In this document: positions 50,958-64,000 of the stretch, one piece after another
How positions within the stretch are numbered: the first letter of the stretch is position 1
Layout: each line of letters begins with the position of its first letter
Assembly: GCF_009914755.1 (NCBI RefSeq)
Contig: NC_060942.1
Source: the human T2T-CHM13v2.0 reference genome, Homo sapiens
Reading direction: 5' to 3' (one strand)
Length of the DNA stretch: 64,000 nucleotides
Position numbers and translations under genes: made by a program
Notes under the pieces: model-generated
Told to the model about the DNA's origin: nothing
Seen by the model: only the letters and a program-made list of their open reading frames with translations
The model's database searches: none

Positions 50958-51084
50958 CTCAGCCATCCGCATAACTGTTGCATAAGATTAACCAAAGCAG
51001 CTGCTACTGCTCAAAAACTTGTTGGAACGTCTTACACTGAAGCTGCCCTAAATTTCTTTAATACTCTTAAATGCCTTCTGTGTT

Positions 51085-51273
51085 TAAAAACTTTATTTTC
51101 AGATAATTACAGATTCACATGCAGTTGCAGTAAATAATACAGAGGTCCCATGAACTTGTCACCCAATTTACCCAATGGTAACAGCTTGCAAAACTGTAAT
51201 AAAATATCATAATGAGAAAATTGACATGGGCACAATTCACAGACCTTATTCAGATTTAATAAGTTTTATATAC

Positions 51274-51319
<46 letters not shown>

Positions 51320-52490
51320 TTAGGTACATGCAATGTTATCTCATATGTAGCTTTGTATAAATATCACTAAAATCAAGATAGAGAACAGTTCCATAGTGCT
51401 GCTCTTTTATATCCATGCTCATTTCTCTTCCCCTCTCCATCCCTCCATCCCTAACCTCTGACAACCTGTAATCTCTTCATCTCTATAATTTTATCATTGC
51501 AAAAATGTTATATAAATGGAATTTTGCTGTATGTAAAACCCTTTGAGATTTTTAAAAATTCAACATAATTTCATTGAGTTCTAGCCACCTTACCCCCTGT
51601 GTCCATAGTTCATTCCTTTTAATTTCTGAGTAGTAGTCCAAGGTATGGATATACCACATTTTGTATAACCATTCACCTGTTAAAGGACATCTCAGTTTTT
51701 TCCAGTTTTTGAATATTATAAGTAAATATGCTATGAACATCTGTGAATAGGTTTGTGTGAAAGTAAACTTTCATTTCTCTGGGATAAATGCCCAACAGTG
51801 CAATTGCTGGATGTTTAGTTTTGTAAGAAACTGCAAGCTATATTTCAGAATGGATGTGCCAGTTTACATTCCCATAAACAATGTGTGAGGGATTAAACTT
51901 CTCTGCCTTTGCCAGCATTTAATGTTAACACTATGTTTTATGTTAGACATTCTGATACATGTGTAGTAATATCTCATTGTGGTTTTACTAAGCGTTTCCT
52001 TAATGACTAACGATGTTGAACATCTTTTCATGTGCTTATCTGCCATCCGTGTAACCCCTTTTTTGAAATGTCTCTTCATATCTTTTGCCCATTTTCTAAT
52101 TGGATTGTTTGTCTTTTTACTGGTAGGTTTTGAGAGTCCATTTTATATTCTATATGTTGGATTTGTGGTTTGCAAATAGTTTCTTTCAGTGTGTATCTTG
52201 TCTTTTTTTCTTGTTATCTAAGTCTTTCACAGAGCAAATAGTTTTGATTTTGATGAGGACCATTTGATAATAATCCATTTTTATTTTAATGGTTTGCAGT
52301 TTTGGTATCAAGTTTTAAGAATTCTTTACCTAAATCTCTATCCTGAAGATTTTCTTTTTTTTTCCTAAAAGTTTCATTATTTTACATTTAAGTCTATGAT
52401 CTATTTGGAGTTAATTTTTGTATAAGGTCTGAGATTTAGGTTGAGGCTTATTGTTTTGCCTATGAATGTCCAGTTGCTCCAACAAAAATG
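51085..52490 (-). mobile_element. L1MC-type 3' fragment containing (TG)n at 51277-51317
   Basis: ORF2 C-terminal remnant HMKRCSTSLVIKETLSKTTMRYYYT; same type of 3' end as the element at 32712. Confidence 0.85.
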
Positions 52491-52529
52491 TCTTCAATTT
52501 TGACTTACCGTTTTTTTTTTTTAATTTGG

Positions 52530-52534
<5 letters not shown>

Positions 52535-52577
<43 letters not shown>
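52535..52577. repeat. (TG)n microsatellite
   Basis: About 21 perfect units. Confidence 0.97.
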
Positions 52578-52579
<2 letters not shown>

Positions 52580-53110
52580 GCTACTATGTGTGAGACACTA
52601 TTAGGTAGTAAAGACGGGAACATTAATAGAATGCAGCACCTGAAATATCTCCTGGTATAGTGGGGGAGGTACATATAGAAATATTTTCAAAATTGTAGGT
52701 TAAATTAAAATATAGAATAATGCACAGAGGAAAAGGACTTGAACAATACAAGTGGATGCAGGCAGAGTAGGTGTAAGCCATTGCAATAGCTTAATGAGAG
52801 ATAATTAAAGCAGGAGCTTACAGACAGAAAGGAGTGAATAGATCTGAGGAGTATTTATCAGAGCCTTGCAGAGAATGGTTTAGTGAGAAGGAAGAGTCAA
52901 AGGTAAACAAAGTGGATGGTGATGTTATCCAAAAGGATAAAACAAGGAACAGGTTTGGATTGAAGATAATGATTTTGTTTTAAACTTCTTGAGTTTGAGA
53001 AAGCCATTAAACATCCAGGAGGAACTGTCCTAGTAATTGTTTTCCGATATGAAGCTAAAGCTTGTGGGAGAATTTCATGGCAGACAATTTTTGAAAATCA
53101 CCAGAAATCA
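52580..53110 (-). mobile_element. L2 fragments
   Basis: gaaggaagagtcaaaggt...gagtttgagaaagccattaaacatccaggagga. Confidence 0.55.
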
Positions 53111-53199
53111 CTTACAGCTAAGGAAAGATGTTATAAATTTAGGTTGTACTGTTTTAAGTCAAAAACAGAAATCATAAAACTCTAGAAGGAAACATTAAG

Positions 53200-53435
53200 G
53201 ATTAATGTAGAGGTTGTGAGCTTTGGTGCACTTCAGGTATGAATCTGAAATAGAGTGATTCTGATTACAAACTTCATTAAATAAATAAATAAATAACTCT
53301 TCTGAGCCACAATTTCATCATCTGTGAAATGGGTGTATTCATGGCCCTAGAGCTTTTGGGACTGCATTGAGGACCAAATGAGATGACAAGCCTAAAATTC
53401 TTGTCCTGTAATGAAGGTTTAGCACATGTTAGTTC
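53200..53435. mobile_element. MIR
   Basis: ctctctgagccacaatttcatcatctgtgaaatggg-like core, followed by gaggaccaaatgagat. Confidence 0.7.
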
Positions 53436-54056
53436 CTTTATTCCTACAAGATACTTTTGAGATTATTTACTATAATGTTTTTCAAGCTACTTTTTTTAAA
53501 GGAAGGGAACTCTTTTTTCAAATGAAGTCTCATACAGAACTGGAAAACAGTTAAAAGCAAAGCAGTCTCCTCTTTACCCAAGTTTTCAATTGAAGCAACA
53601 ATGTGGCAACATAAGACTCTTGTAAATCACGAAGATAATAAGATCATCCATTTAAAGTTAAGAACACTGTGATCTAAGAAGATAAAGAAAGTTTTCTCAA
53701 GTCACATGATTTGCTGGAGGCACACCCGGGTTTAAGCCCCTAGGTTCTCGTCCCTTTTTCATATTCTTTCTGAAATACCATAGTACCTATAACTCACATT
53801 GTAATGTTTACTTGCATAGGTGACTGTAGGTACAGTTCTAGAAGAAGCTGATGTCTTAAATGTTCTTTGAGGTACAGTGGCATTTCTGTGATTTGTGGCC
53901 TCCAATGCATCCTTCTGAAAAAGCCTCTTTTTGATAGGTACCTTCTGATAAGAAATGAGCTTTGTGGGCCCACTTGATATAAAAGACAATCATGATATTC
54001 TTTCTGTCCTGCTCTCTTAACAGCCAGTGTTGACAAACATTTCCCATTTTGGTTTA

Positions 54057-54712
<656 letters not shown>

Positions 54713-54929
54713 CTACCCTATCTGAGTCCCCCGGCTCCCATATATCAAACTCCTTCCTAAAGTAACATCTTAGAGGCAAAAGATGGTGTCAGTTTGGTAG
54801 TAACAATAACAACCACAACATAAAAGCCATCACTTATTGAGCATTCACTAGGTGACAGATGTGTCTTTAGTATTTGGACTGTATTTTCTGATGAAAGAAG
54901 TCTCAACTATAGACTTTTATTTACAGCTG

Positions 54930-55850
54930 CTTACTCAATATTTCAAACAACTCTTGATTACTCCTTTTCCTGATACATGCTCCTCCTCCAGGCTTCCCTC
55001 ATCCCAGTATGTTTCCAGCAGTCATCAAATGCTGAGTAGGTGTTATTCTTGTCTCCCATTTCCCCTGACACTTCATAACCAGTCCATCAGTAAGTTCTGT
55101 CAGCTGTGCCCTCAAAATATGTCCCAGTCTAACCCCTTCTTACTCCACCACGAGCCATTCAATCCAAATCACTATTATATTATTTTGGTAGCTGGATGAC
55201 TGTATCCCCTGCTCCTCCTTCGGCTTCCATGGCTAGTCCTTCAGAATGAACCAAGAATAATCATGCAAAAGTATAAATCAGAGGTAATATAATTCATTGA
55301 CTTAAAGCCTTCAGTCATGTCCCATCACACTTAGGTTAAAAATCAGTTCCCTTGCAAAGCATGACCTGTAAGTCCTAGGTGACCTTGCTTGGACCTCCCT
55401 CTCTAGCTTCATCTCATATTACTCTATTCCTTGACTTCCGTCCCTCTGCTTCACTGCTGTTCTCTGAATAAGCCAAGCTTTTGCCCAGCTCAGGACCATT
55501 GCACTTGCTCTGACCCCTACCTGGAGCACTTACTCCACATCTCCGCGGCTTACTCTCTCGCTTCACACAGGTCTCTGTTCACATATCCTCAGTGACGACT
55601 TCTCTACCATTCTGCCTAGTAGAGCACCCTGTCCCTCTTTATCCACTTTTCTTGCTTTACTTTTCCTCATAGCCTTCTTTACTACCTGACACTGAAGCAT
55701 ACATATATTGGGCTGTTCATTGTCTCTCTCCCCCACTACAATGTAAGCTGCACAAGGGAAGGGATTTTTATCTGTTTCTTGTTCACCTTTATATCCCTAG
55801 CACCTGGCACAGAGCTGAGGTTCATTAAGTATTTGTTGAATGAATGAATT
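54930..55850 (+). mobile_element. L2a 3' portion
   Basis: Pyrimidine-rich body ending cctagcacctggcacagag...tatttgttgaatgaatgaat. Confidence 0.85.
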
Positions 55851-57419
55851 AGTAACTATAGCAGTTGTCACTCTCCTGGGTTCTTCTGCAGCAGTGCCTT
55901 TGATGCTTATACATGAAATTCCTAAAAATTTAGATGACATGTCTTGATCTCTGTCAGTCACTTTATTCATGACCTTGTTTGCCTTTTGTAACTGCACTTT
56001 AATATTTATAAAGAACGGAGCCATGCCTAGATCAGTTTAGTCCTTAAAATATTTCACTGTTATCCCTTTATTATAAAGTCCTGGGCTTTGCATCCTGTTC
56101 TTGGCTTTGGGGCTTTCAGATTTAGGTTGAAAGAGGGCTATAAAGAGGGCATGCTATATTGGGTCAACAGTGATCCCAAAGACAGGGAAATACTCTGAGT
56201 ACACGTATTGTCTCTTCTAGACTTTTATAGAACCGTATGAGATAGGGAAATGTACTTTTATGTGGGATGACAAAATGCTCACACTGGGACTTTCAAGCTA
56301 ACATTGCTTCTTACCTCTCACACTAATAATAGATAAATGGATCATTTTCCTCCTCCTTTTGTCCATGGCCTCCTTGACCACTCTGAGCCATTTCCTACAG
56401 GAAGTTTTGCATGTGTTCTATGTTAACTGATGCCTGATATATTAGTGCAGCTCTGCCCTCTTTTTATTCATGCTAGGAGCATTTGTTTTATGACATATGA
56501 GAGCCAACAAGTGTGGTCAAGTGCAAATAGACCCATATGTATGTTGGGTGGAAGGGCTCCTTGCAGAAAGCTAGCTCTCACCACAGTATACCCACACACA
56601 GACCCCTAAGAAGGCTGGCCGCTCTGCTGAAGTAAGATGGACCAGCTTGCCAATGGGCACTTTGCCATCAGAGCAGATGGGCCCAAGCAGGGGCAGGCAG
56701 CAGAGCACGCATGTCTGTTCTGGACACATGCATATTTATCATTTGTGTCTTTCATTTACAGGAGACAAATTCTTGAACAGAAAGGCTGAGTTATAAACTA
56801 AGCGTCAGGAAAGATGAGCTTTCAGCCCTTAATTAAAACATTCAAGCAAAGAAATCAATGTTTCAGTCCCACTTTAGAAAGCTTATGAAGTAACTTGTTA
56901 GAGACCCTCTTTACTCCCAAGTCACTCTTCACTAAAGGGGATGCTGTGTCTTGCTCAAGCAGTGTTTTCACTTGTACATCATGAGGTAACCTAATATTTT
57001 CCAAAAAAAGACCAGAGATGTAGGAGAATCACCAATGTACTCCTTTTTTGAAAATATTATTAGAATTTTTCCAAAACTATTCTTCTCTTTTCAATTTTCT
57101 TGTTTTAATAAAATGAGAACTAAATTTAATTTCTTTTCCTGCTAACTGCTGAAGGTGACTATATATGGAGATAGGACTCAGCCTGTAGCACAGGCAAAAA
57201 CATTTACACCTTGAAAATCTACTTTAATATCACCTGTGTAGTGTTCCATTTGCCCAAGTGGAAAACCTGAAAAAGATTAGAATAATAATAATTATTAAAA
57301 AGTGTGCAGATTACCTTAGATAATTTATAAGCATCATGTCCATCTAAATTATAAAAGAAAACCTCTCACAAACCCTACATAAGATTCATGGGCATTCTCT
57401 AATAATATTTCACATTTAT

Positions 57420-57560
57420 ATTTCACCTTGCACTTCCCACAATTTTCATATATATTATCTCCTTTGAACCTCTCCATAACCTTGTGAGGTAAGTAAGGCA
57501 GGCCTGTTGGTCTCTCTTCAGTTGAGGGAAATAAAAATTGTGCAGGTAAAGTGACTAGAG
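57420..57560. mobile_element. MIR fragment
   Basis: tatctcctttgaacctctccataaccttgtgaggtaagtaaggcagg. Confidence 0.6.
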
Positions 57561-60164
57561 CTCAAACTTCAAGATCATTTGTCTTTTATCATATTAATTT
57601 TAATTCGAAGGCTATTTTATAATGAGACAATATCTAGTGATGGCTTTTAATATCAAATGATCATAGTCTTTTACAATCTTGCTTTCTATTTTTGATTTTG
57701 CTAATTAAATCTGGCAATGGAGACTTAAGGGAAACTCTTATGTTTCAAGTGTCTTGGACATTGATGGAAATTCAGCATCCAAGGGCTGCTGGTTGACTTC
57801 TGTTTATGGTTTTGACAACGGTAAAGTCCTCTAGGGATTTGAGTAGGTCACTGTGTTGCCTAGTGTGTGTTAAATTATTGAGTAAACATGAAGATGGTTG
57901 TTCCTGATCTTTGGTTTGCTGTATTCTTTATAGTTTCTCTTAGAGATATTAAAACAATATTACTGCTCTTCAAAAACTATGAGTTGGACCATATTACACA
58001 TAAACACAAATAGTGACTTTTGTGTATTAATAAAATAACAGCAATAAATAGAACTCCATAGTAAATTGCTGTGCTCTGTGCACCTCTGTATGAAAATATA
58101 ATTGTAAAAATATAAAAGTATTTTGTACTACTTCGCATGTGATTATTTTCCAACTGGAAATGCTATGTTCTTATTTTGACATGTGACAAACAATGTGTGA
58201 TAATTGCTATTTATATTTACCGTTAAAAATGACAGATTTTTGCTTTTGGACATAAGGCTGATAATGAAATTTTCCAGTCTTGAGAACCAATCAAAAAATC
58301 TTTTGGAAGTCAGCTCACTTAAAGAAACCCAGAAAACCACTCTCCTCATGAAACTTGGTAGGATATCATCTGACTTCTATTATAAATAGCCTGTTTGAAG
58401 AGATAAGAGTGAGTTAAATTACAAACTGTTTTCCAAGTAATTGATATCCATTACTGGATTTGGACAGAGCAAAATTATTTTTTCTGGTGCTGGTGCTCTG
58501 GTATGCAAACATAGTATGTCTTTTCTGTTGTCACACGCTTGCAGAGAAATTATAATTTTTAAAACTTTTTAGAGACACAAGAGGATTTTTTTTTAAAAAA
58601 AAGGTTTATGTGTTTCTGAATATCTAAAAGAAAAATATTCCTGGAAGCTGTGACAACCCAAACATTTGTGTCCAACCGATAGAGGACTAAATTTAATCAC
58701 TTGTGCAGAAAACCAAGCACTTGAAAGCAAGTGAGTTTGGGGCATACTGGAGCTGTATATAAAAGGTGAATTATTTAGCATGGATTGGATGAAAACTGAA
58801 TTTCTAAAACCCACTAATTCCTTAATTCTGCTTTGAGATTATAAATGGAGAACAATATTCAAAACAAATTTGAAAGAAATCAGACAAATTTTTGAAAGAA
58901 ATCAGAACTATGTATGTTCTTTACAGTACATATAGAAGTGATCATTCATCTGGGGACTGAGATGAAGTTCTTTGTTGTTCAACCTTGGAAAGTCTCCGTG
59001 ACTCCCAAAGAATAATGAGCAAAGTGGGAGTGAATAAGTACTCCACTCTCTAGGACATCAGGGGCCCCAGAGGTTCAGGGAGATCCATAGTAATTGCTTC
59101 TGGCCTCCAAAATCAGGGGAAAATATGCTGAACAACCAGGGCAGAGGTGCCATTCCTCTGCTACCATTCGTTTCTCCACTGCCCTTCAGACTCTTCCATC
59201 TCTCACTGTACTTTCTCGCACACTGTCTTTCCTCCAGCTTTAATTCTTCCTTTGCCCTCTGCTGCCCTTTCAGCTCCTTCTGTCTGAGCCCCACAGTTCA
59301 TCAGTACTTGTCTTATACTATTGTGAGTGTGATCTCTCCCTGCTGGAGGAAATGTTTAGATCTTTGGTTCATAAGTTTTGAAAATGCATTGTAAGACCAG
59401 AGGCTTTTCTTTGTCCATCAGGTTTTTCTCTTAAAGGAGAGTATATTCCACAATAGATTGTTTTATAGTGGGAGGTTCCACAATTCAAGTAAAACTACTC
59501 CTCTGACGCTGAGTGGTAGAACTAGAAATAAATAATTCCTCAATTATTTTATTGATCCAGAAAAAGCCAAACATTTTCCAGGAATCCAAAGAGAATGTGA
59601 CCTATTTGGACATAATGAAAACAAAACAGAAATTGATTGTCTACTCAAGATGTCTTCTAGGAATTTTAAATTATCCACAAATCTGTCTTCTCATTCATGT
59701 ATTTACCCTGGCTGTGAATAGATTGGTATCATTTCCACATCACAAAACTGAAACGGGGCTCAAGTCCCCTGTTGCCTAGCTCAGTGCTCTTTCTTGTAGT
59801 TTACTTAGTGTCCTAGAATTGTAAGGGCAGGTACATCCCTGAACTCACCACTCTTTCGGAACACGAAGCTATGGTCTTTAGCAGAATATTTGACAGTAGA
59901 AAGGAGTGGCTGGTGTTACATGATAAAACAGCACGGCTACGTGTGTTCTGGTTAGAAATCAAAGATCCATTATTCACTTGGGCTTTTGCTGTTAGGCTCT
60001 TGAAAGATTAGCAAAATTTCATAAAATGTTGTTTCACTCAAATGAAGTGGGAGACTTAAAGAGGAATCGTTGTGATTTAATGACCTTTGTCTTCTGCAGT
60101 ATGCTGTCCTTACAATTTTTAGGCTAAGATTAATTAATTTAAAAATAAAACACTCTTAGGAGTC

Positions 60165-60390
60165 AGTATCATCATTAGGAGTAGGGATTCTAGACCCACA
60201 TTGACTGATCTCAGATATTAGTCTCAATTGCGTGCTTTTGGGCAATTAGGTTCAAACATTATTATGTCTGAAAATAGGGATAATGATGGTACCTCTATCA
60301 AGGGTTTTGGTGAGTATGTGTATACTAAATATAAAATACTGATAACAGTTCCTAGCACATATTACACTAAGTATTACCTATTACTGTTAT
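60165..60390. mobile_element. MIR
   Basis: tgtctgaaaatagggataatgatggtacctctatcaagggttttggtgag...aacagttcctagcacat. Confidence 0.65.
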
Positions 60391-63300
60391 TAGAATTAAT
60401 GAATAACAGAAAACGGCCGTGTCCCTATACTTACATAATCAAATAAATACTTATTCTAACAGGAATATGTAAAATTATGATTTGGTGGACCTATACTTCA
60501 TAGAGGGAGTCAGTCTTATGCAAATAATGTCTGACTATCCTCAGCATAAGAAGTTGACCCTTCTATTGTTTAAGAATGCATGATTTGTGTTTTTTGCTCA
60601 TTCTTAAAATTTTGATGTTTTCTCAATGAGCAAGAGATGAGAAGCCATTTTTATGGAGGCTATTACTTTTTTTCAGTTTACGTTTTCATTTAAAGCTGAA
60701 ACACATCATTTTGCAAGTGTATTTGGTTTTCATCTGTTAAGAGGTGCAGGCAAGAATTTTCAATGCTGTGATGATTTGTGGGTTCCACTACTAAGGAACA
60801 GACACTGAAATCTTAGGCAGATCCTCATGAAAACTCTCTTTGCTTTTCAGGCTATTTTTCTCAGGTTTGATATTTTTTAAGCATTCGACAATCATTTTCT
60901 TCCCACTCTGTTCTCTCTCTCTACAATTGTCCTTTCTGTAACACCTTAAACCTCCTTTACCTCATGTGCAAACACACAGGTATATGTGTGTATGGAAATG
61001 TGCAGTATGTGTGTTTCCATACTTGGATCTAGTAGGTAATATCTCTCTGCTAAAAGAGTGCAACAGTAAAACAGATTAGACTAGAGCTCAAAAGGTAATT
61101 TAGTCAAATCCTTTTATCTCAAGTCATACTTCCCACAAACCAAAGAGAATCGCCTGCTCGTCAAGAAATAGATTTCCTATCTTCCCTTTGTCCCATACAA
61201 AAGCATATTTTAGTGGTGCACCAGATGCTGCCAAAAGTTAATAAAGAATGGCATTTTAATAGTAGACATTCCAGATATAGATAGAAACTTCAGCAAAATG
61301 AGACAATGTTTCATTTTATTTTTATTCAAGTCCCTGTGCCTCCTACAGAGAAGGTGAAATTGTTTAAGTGGCAAAACAAATCTGTATTTAGAGTTCCAAA
61401 ATATGTTGAGATATCACTGAAGACATTGTTACTTGTTTAATGTTTTCAGTTTTGTTACTTGTATATTTGATCTACGATTTTTTAGAGTTATTTGTATTCT
61501 ATAGAACAAAAATAAAAGCCAGAGAAGCAATTCTGTGGAGGCAAGTGCCTAGTTCCAGGTCAGAGAAAATCATTGGTAAGACCAATTTTCAGTTATTAAA
61601 CTGTTACTTAAACCACTAAGTCATGATAAATGAGTCCAGATACTGCAGTTAGGTAAAATCCTAAGCTTTGCTTGAACCCGTATCAAGCTCAATAAAGTCA
61701 CCTATTTGGGGAAATTCTCTATGAATTCCTTCTTAAAGTGAAATTACTTACACCTCTATTGTCCATTGAAAGTGCTTTTATGCCCAGCCTTTAGTAAAGG
61801 ACTGCAACATCAGTTGTTTTCTCTTTTTGGAGTACACAGGAATGTTAATATACCTGCTACTGTGGTTGATTTTTTATTTAATTCTATTTTTATATCTTAT
61901 TTTAATGAGTTAGAGTCTCCATGCTTCTGTTTTTAAAACTCCATCTGTTTCTAATACATGGCTTCTGTGAAGGCATGCCGTTGAAACCTGGATTTCCTGT
62001 ACAACTATTATGCATTGTGCAGGACCTTGAAATTAGACAATTGACTGGACTCAAGGAACTTCTGCCAAATCTGTTAGAATTAATTGTTAAAGTTACTTGG
62101 AACTGAAGAAGAGAATAACTTCATGGCTTGGAGCTTGTTCCATTAAAAATTCTAGAATTGTCACCTCAGCTGGTAGTGCCTCCTACAGACAATCATGGGT
62201 TATTCCTATTAGCTCATGCAAGAGGGTGTGGCTACAAAACAAAACATGGGAATTGCAGTAATAAGAAGCCATAGAGGTAGTGACCTATTATTTTCACCTT
62301 CAGCAATGCATATATATATACACACACATATATTTTTTTCCGACTTAAATAAGGCTAAGCAAATGAGGATATACTCCGGATAACTGCGAGTGTGTTAGGT
62401 TGAAATGCTTTCTAAAGAGGAAAAAAAAGAAAGAACTACCCAGAACTAATGCATTAGTGTCATGTTTCACAGTTGGCTCAAGCTTCTGGGGTACAGGGCC
62501 TGCTAAGTTGTCTGGAAGAAAATGCCTTTCCTTCATTTTTTTTTACCCCTAAATCAAATCACTAATTGTGTAAATGCTTCTGTTTTTTAAACATGAGCCT
62601 GCTTTTCCTAGAAAATAGATAATTTGACTTGAACTTAAACTTACAGTTGAAAATTTGCCATATTTACATAGTTGATACCAGTAGCATAATTTATGTTTTC
62701 ACACCCAATACCTAATTCCAACCCTACTCACTCACCTGACCCTGCTCTATAGGTTGTAAATGTTACAGATTATTTTTTCTGATCTCCCTTATAAGTATGG
62801 GTGACAGTGCAACTCAGGCATAGCCATTGATATGTAGGTGGCTGTCCACTGGCACTGCCTCTGCCCCTATTCCTTTCATTTTGCTCTAATAAACAGCAAA
62901 ATTAGTGGAGCTGCATAGCCATTATGTCAACATGAGGAAAAGACGTAAAGGATATAAGAGACATTAAATCCAACTTGTTTGAGCAACGGAACCCATTCTA
63001 GTGACTGCTTATTTTTAGAATTCTTGTTATATTAGAACTCTATATATTTATATAGGCTGACATATGCTCTGCCTTTTATCCTAGTAAATATCATGGTATA
63101 ACTTATTTATTATTAGAATAATTGATTCATTCATTATGTTACAGTATGTGATTGAAGTCAGCGTATAATATGGCAAGGTAAACTAAAATTTTAATAAAAA
63201 GAAATATAAGTTGAAGACAGTATAATGGTAGAAGAGTAAAATAAAGCCAAAAGAACACAAAAATATATCTAAAAGATTTATATATATTCTTCAAGATCAA

Positions 63301-64000
63301 ACAAAGATTTGCCTCAAGATTTCCAGCACCCAGTGCAAAGGGGAACACAAGATGAATTACACAATTCACAGTGTCCATAAGAGAATAACAAACAAATCAG
63401 TTGCTTAGCAGAAGGCCGACTGCTACTGACTAGGAAATGATAGAGACGTTTTCCCCATGGAGAGTCACAAAGTGGTTATTGTGGATTGTAATGAACAAAA
63501 TCTATGTAACCGTTGTCATACAGTTATATTTTTATAGTTTTTTAATGTACTGTCTCTTAATGTAAGCTGATATTACAGTGTCAAATTGCATGTTAGTAAA
63601 AACAACTTGATAACTCACCAGTATGATGCAGTATAAATTCATGATTCTCTGAAAGTCTGGTTTAATCCAGGGTAGAGCAAAGAGTATTTAGAAAAATGGA
63701 ATGTGAGAATATGCTTCAGAAGTACCTCAGTTCTCTTAACCAAAGTTTTAGTAGTTAAGAAACACTGTCATAAAATATTTTTTAATAAATGCAACTACCA
63801 GGGGCTTTCCTAGCTTCTTTGAATACATAGATATGATAGTGTGTACCTTTCATTCTATGAGATTATATACAAAGGCCAGAGCTGCGTAGTCCACTGTAAG
63901 CCACTTTATCCTTGAGAAAACACTTGGTGGTGATGGCATTTTGTACTCCTGCTCATAGCTGATACAGATGAGCTGGTCAGGCAGCCCACTGTCTGCCCGG

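Overview
Human-like primate genomic DNA (Alu, L1, L2, MIR, MaLR/ERV LTRs, DNA transposons) with no intact protein-coding exon that I can support. A CpG island at about 27.0-28.5 kb holds a promoter and a non-coding first exon (+ strand, donor AAG|GTGTGT at 27321/27322). I recall this exon as the 5' UTR of DTNA (alpha-dystrobrevin); this is from memory, not from a search. Everything to the right would then be first-intron sequence. The main unexpected signal lies left of the island on the minus strand: 12 splice-site-bounded, phase-compatible exon-like segments (25462 to 8923). They join into a mostly open reading frame broken by scattered stops, three 1-nt frameshifts, one dead donor and one collapsed intron. 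This is a candidate unprocessed (possibly unitary) pseudogene lying head-to-head with the island gene; I cannot name its protein, and the model was assembled by hand. Other notable items are a tailless 5'-half tRNA-Gln(CTG) retrocopy with a perfect 16-bp TSD, a 25-nt insertion apparently templated from 1.3 kb away, a multi-layer TE nest, an Alu trimer and a solo MER11 LTR. Repeat subfamily names are by-eye assignments, and boundaries without TSDs are approximate.
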